From: Alphaproteobacteria bacterium
GTDB lineage: Bacteria; Pseudomonadota; Alphaproteobacteria; Bin95
Length of the DNA stretch: 64,000 nucleotides
Assembly (NCBI GenBank): GCA_964291285.2
Contig: OZ219787.1
Span: 1,408,001 to 1,472,000 of the forward strand
Reading direction: 5' to 3'
Shown piece after piece: positions 60,192-64,000 of this stretch. Under the pieces are notes generated by a model that saw only the letters and a list, made by a program, of their open reading frames with translations, ran no database searches and was not told where the DNA came from. Position 1 is the stretch's first letter, and each line of letters starts with the position of its first letter. The position numbers and the translations under genes are program-made.

Positions 60192-61882
60192 TCCGGCTTG
60201 CGGAAGAGCTGGATGCCCCAGGCCAGATGTCCGGCATCCGCGGCCTTCACCCAGTTCTCAAGGCCGATGGTCATCTTGTCGAGATACCCGGCCGAGGCGC
60301 CGTTTTCGCGCAACTCGTCGTAACGGGCCGTGAGGTCCTCCCGCACCCGGTCGTAGTGGGTGCGGAGATGGCCGGTCATGTTCTCCTGCGCCAACACCTC
60401 GAAACCCAGTGCCTGCGCTGCTTCGCGGTAGAAGCGCGCGGAGCCGAGGCTGTTGAGCTGGAGCCGGTCGTAGACGGGCTGGAGCACGCCGTCCGGCACG
60501 TCGTCGGCCTGCATCGGGTCGGTGAAGACGAAGTAGCCGCCCGGCTTCAGAACGCGCCAGACTTCGGCCAGCACCCTGTCGCGCTGGTCCGAGTGCAGGA
60601 TGGCGTCCTGACTCCATACCGCGTCGTAGCTGGCGTTCGGATCGGGGATGTTCTCGAAGACGCCGTGCACCACCGATATCCGGCTGCCGAGCTTCGCCTG
60701 ACGGTTCCTGGCCCGGTTGGTGTCGTTCTGCGTCTCTGAGATGTTCAGGCATGCGGCCGTGCAACCGGTCCGCTTGACGAGGCGCCGCATCGAACCGCCG
60801 TAACCGGCCCCGATGTCCAGGACGCGGGTGTCGGGGCCGACATGCGGCAGCATCGCCATCATCCGGTCGACGGTTTCGGTGCTGGCCTCGCGAATGTCCC
60901 GCGTCGTCTCGTAGATGCCGATATGCAGATCCTCGCCGCCCCAGACCATCGAGTAGAACGTGTCGGCGTCGTCGCTGTCGTAATAGTCCTCGGTGGCGTC
61001 GCGAACGTCGCTCTCACCCTCTTCGCGGACGCCGCCGCCCCAGCGTACGACATGCAGCGTGGATTTCTCGGCGACATGAATGAAGAAGTCCGGCTCGTTC
61101 TCTGCGTAGGTCTCCTGGAAGTCGCCATAGGTGCGCACCCGTGCGAAGCCCGCCTCGCTGAGCAGGCGGCGCACGTAGTTCTTGCGAATCGGACTGAGGT
61201 TGAGCGTGTAGCTGGAACCGTCGGCGAAGCTGTATTTCATCCGGACGAGGCTGTCGTCGATATATTCGGGTTCCGCATTCACCTCGTCGCCGCAATAGTA
61301 GTATTTGTGCTTGGATGAGAAGCCCTCATCCAGCATGGCGTCGTAGTTGCGCTGGTCCAAGATCAGCATCCCGTCATGCTTCAGCGCGGCGTAGAACTCG
61401 GCCAGGGCCCGGCGGCGGTCTTGCTCGTCATGGAGGTGGGTGAACGAGTTGCCAAGGCAGATGATCGCGTCGTACTTGCCCTGGATGTGACGGTTCAGCC
61501 AACGCCAGTCGGCCTGGACGGTCTTGAGGATCAGCCCGCGCGCCCTGGCATTGTCGAAGGCCTTGGCCAGCATCGTGGCCGACCCGTCGCTCGATGTCAC
61601 ATCGAAGCCGGCCTCGGTCAGCCGCACCGAGTGGAAACCCGTGCCGCAGGCGACGTCCAGCACGGATTCCTTACCGCGGGCGCGAAGCACGTCGATGAAG
61701 AACTGCCCCTCGCTCTCGGCGCGCGCCGCCCAGTTAATCAGCTCGTCCCACTTCTCCACAAAGGACAGGATGTACTCGCCGCGGTAGAGATCGGTTTCGC
61801 GGTCCTCGAGCGGGTCGTCGCTGTAGCTCTGACGATCGAGCGCGAACTCCGAGTTCCTCGTCAACAGGGACGCATTTTCCAT
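60188..61882 (-). CDS. Fused glycine/sarcosine + sarcosine/dimethylglycine N-methyltransferase (betaine synthesis)
   Basis: Domain 1 FVEKWDELI, LDVACGTG, CLGNSFTH, LDQRNYD; domain 2 YYDSDDADTFY..WGGEDLHIG, DIGAGYGG, WSQDAILH. Confidence 0.9.
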   Translation of the reverse strand: MENASLLTRNSEFALDRQSYSDDPLEDRETDLYRGEYILSFVEKWDELINWAARAESEGQFFIDVLRARGKESVLDVACGTGFHSVRLTEAGFDVTSSDGSATMLAKAFDNARARGLILKTVQADWRWLNRHIQGKYDAIICLGNSFTHLHDEQDRRRALAEFYAALKHDGMLILDQRNYDAMLDEGFSSKHKYYYCGDEVNAEPEYIDDSLVRMKYSFADGSSYTLNLSPIRKNYVRRLLSEAGFARVRTYGDFQETYAENEPDFFIHVAEKSTLHVVRWGGGVREEGESDVRDATEDYYDSDDADTFYSMVWGGEDLHIGIYETTRDIREASTETVDRMMAMLPHVGPDTRVLDIGAGYGGSMRRLVKRTGCTAACLNISETQNDTNRARNRQAKLGSRISVVHGVFENIPDPNASYDAVWSQDAILHSDQRDRVLAEVWRVLKPGGYFVFTDPMQADDVPDGVLQPVYDRLQLNSLGSARFYREAAQALGFEVLAQENMTGHLRTHYDRVREDLTARYDELRENGASAGYLDKMTIGLENWVKAADAGHLAWGIQLFRKPE

Positions 61883-62475
61883 AGTTCGATCCTTCTCCCG
61901 GTTATCCGCCGGTCCCGTCCGGACCGGCTTGTCATGGACCGACCCGGTATGGGGCCGATGCTCGTCGGATGCCGTTTGCGCCATAAGCCGGGATCGGGCC
62001 TGCAATTCGGCCCCGTCCCCTCAAAAGTCCGGCGCGTCCCGCCCAGGCAAGCGCTTGCGCCGTTGCAAGGATGCCGGCAGGGGCTCGTTGCGGCCAACTC
62101 GGCCGCTGTGGAGGCCGCAATCGATGACAACGATGCGGCGCTCTCGAAGTCAGTTCAATGACAAGGGAAGCTCCCGGGACCGTTCGGTCGCCCGGGCGAG
62201 CCACAGCTTCCCCCTAGAGACGGAACGACGATATTATGGGATGAGGCTCTTGTAAAACCAGCCCCTGCCGTCCTCGCTTACCGGCACGCCGCTCAACCGG
62301 GCGGTTCGGGAACACGCCGCCCCTGTTGCCGCTCGCGCTCGCGACGTCGAGTTCGGGGTTCTCCTGCGTGACGTCCGATCTCCGGGCGGCGGCGCCGCGG
62401 TCGAAGGAGGCGGCGCCAGCCTCCACCCGCTATAGCGAGCTGGAGACAGAACGGCGCAAGAAGTAGCGTCGCCGG

Positions 62476-62640
62476 ATGCTCAGGGTCCTCGCCCATATCG
62501 CAGCGATCGCCGCGCTCTGGTTTGTCTTTTCCTTCGCGCTGTTCCTCGGGCTCCAGGTGGATCCCCTCTACGGCAATATCGGGATCGGGGTGACGGTCGC
62601 GCTCGCGGCGGCCTACGTCTATTTCGGGTGGCTCCGATGA
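62476..62640 (+). CDS. Small two-TM membrane protein (54 aa)
   Basis: MLRVLAHIAAIAALWFVFSFALFLGLQVDPLYGNIGIGVTVALAAAYVYFGWLR; below ORF-track cutoff. Confidence 0.6.
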   Translation: MLRVLAHIAAIAALWFVFSFALFLGLQVDPLYGNIGIGVTVALAAAYVYFGWLR

Positions 62641-63315
62641 GGTGCTTGCCAGCGTTGCCACCGACTTGTCGGTATCGACGATCTGAATCAAGGTCTTCGT
62701 CCGCCGGGTGAGCAGAACGAACAGTCAGCTGATGAACGTGCGCAACCCGCGCATGTCGAGGAATGCGCCCGGTACAAAGCGCCAGGCCGACGCCCTCATG
62801 GACTCCAGGGCGAACCGGAAATCTCCCGCTACCCGTCGCAGGCTGCAAACACGCCAATGGTAGGTCAGTGGGTTTGAGGCAGTCCGCTCTTGGCCGGATA
62901 AGTGATAACCCTCGGCCATTGGGAGGCCGAGGGTTTGACGATGAGGATAATGACCACAGCCCGGTGGATGATCGTGAGTCTGAGGATGAGTATCGATCCC
63001 TCCGCTTGCCACCGACAGCAAGCGGTCCAGTTTCCTTTGCTGCTGGACGGCACGTAACCCCACTCGCCTCGAAGGCCGTTGTCGGTTCAAACCGTCGAGG
63101 AAAAAATTTCGGATCACGTCACGGCTTCGGCTTCCCCAGAAAGAGACTCTCCTTCCATGTTTCCTCCGTCTTCGCTGTTGCCCGGTGCGGTGCTTGGACG
63201 CCGATCAGCGCCATAAGCCATTGATCGCATTCGATCATGAAGGGTCAGAGCCCAGTGCTTAACGACACCCACCACTATCCCGAGTAACGGCTCCAGCTGC
63301 CTATCGAGGGGCGGT

Positions 63316-63414
63316 CCTTCGATACGCGCCCGCTGGCGCGGTCGCTACTCAGGACTAGGGAGTTGGCGGCCCCATGTCGTCGCCCCGGACCCCGATCCGG
63401 GGACGAGCCGGGGT
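63316..63414. repeat. Alphaproteobacterial REP/RPE-like palindromic units
   Basis: CCTTCGATACGC..GCTACTCAGGA and CCCCGGACCCCGATCCGGGG resemble common intergenic palindromic repeats. Confidence 0.4.
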
Positions 63415-63531
63415 CTCCCGACGAAGGCTTACCCCTGTTGCACGAGGCTTCGGATCGCCGCTGACGCGCCGTCCGGGACAACGACTGGGGCTCTCTACCG
63501 ACGGGCCCTGTCAACCCGAACGGATCGTGCT

Positions 63532-64000
63532 CTAACGCTCGGCGGCGCCCGTGGCGGCAAAGCGGCTGACCCGGCGGTTGACGACGAAGCGCAGGATCGG
63601 GTCAGGCGGCAGGAGCGTGGCGCGCGGCAGCGATAGCACCACCTGCAGCAGCTCGCTGTCCTCCCCGCAGATATGCTCGGCGAGCAGCTTGCCGCCGATG
63701 GCGCCCTTGGTCATGGGCGCGACGTCGCAGGACATGAGCGCCCAGAGTCCTTCGCGGACGGAACCGAAGATCGCGCCCTCGTTGCGCGTGAAGCCGAGTA
63801 TGCCGCCCCAGGTGCCGGCGAAGCCTATATCGCCCAGGTCCGGCCAGCGGGCCTCGATGCTGCGGCGGTGAATATCGGCGACGCGCTCCATCAGCGCCAG
63901 CGGGAAGCGTTTTCCGCGCGCATACCAGAGCGTGTTGCGCATCAGGATGCGGCGGTCCCGGGTCAGGCGGACCGTGCTGCCGTTCGAATGGGCGGGCAGC
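63532..64000 (-). CDS. FAD-dependent oxidoreductase (DadA/PuuB-like), 5' part outside window
   Basis: STVRLTRDRRILMRN, TWGGILGFTRN, GAIGGKLLAEHICG. Confidence 0.8.
   Translation of the reverse strand, partial: LPAHSNGSTVRLTRDRRILMRNTLWYARGKRFPLALMERVADIHRRSIEARWPDLGDIGFAGTWGGILGFTRNEGAIFGSVREGLWALMSCDVAPMTKGAIGGKLLAEHICGEDSELLQVVLSLPRATLLPPDPILRFVVNRRVSRFAATGAAER

Noticed and set aside
62725-63180. Possible degraded gene
   Set aside because: Several broken frames with no identifiable family
1-64000. CRISPR array, cas genes, tRNA, rRNA, reverse transcriptase
   Set aside because: No regularly spaced repeats, cloverleaf/T-loop motifs or YxDD-type RT ORF found by eye

Overview
High-GC alphaproteobacterial DNA (host inferred from gene families) in two parts. 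Bases 1 to ~49.9 kb form an accessory defence and mobile-element island. It has at least 8 IS elements or remnants whose ends, target duplications and nesting order can be read directly, two toxin-antitoxin pairs, a triple cold-shock-domain protein, a TbpB-like surface protein and a single-chain restriction-modification enzyme. It also has a tandem pair of tyrosine recombinases behind a promoter and a ~370-nt hairpin-rich leader. A 16-kb BREX-related/restriction-like operon encodes HTH-SNF2-DUF3883, UvrD, a DUF1156 methyltransferase, a PHP-ABC ATPase, a Schlafen/AlbA_2-HATPase and a DUF499 ATPase, behind a palindromic operator. Further on are a RosmerTA-like pair with a frameshifted toxin, a DUF4338-ISAs1 fusion, an IS21 carrying a Cys-rich ORF, a Toprim passenger and a structured leader, and three RHH-like genes. 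Bases ~50.5-64 kb are metabolic: a clade I nosRZDFYLX cluster plus cytochrome c with an FNR-type box, a 5'-truncated metF, a fused glycine/sarcosine/dimethylglycine methyltransferase and a partial FAD oxidoreductase. No rRNA, tRNA or CRISPR array was seen. All family calls come from motif recognition by eye; no database search was run.
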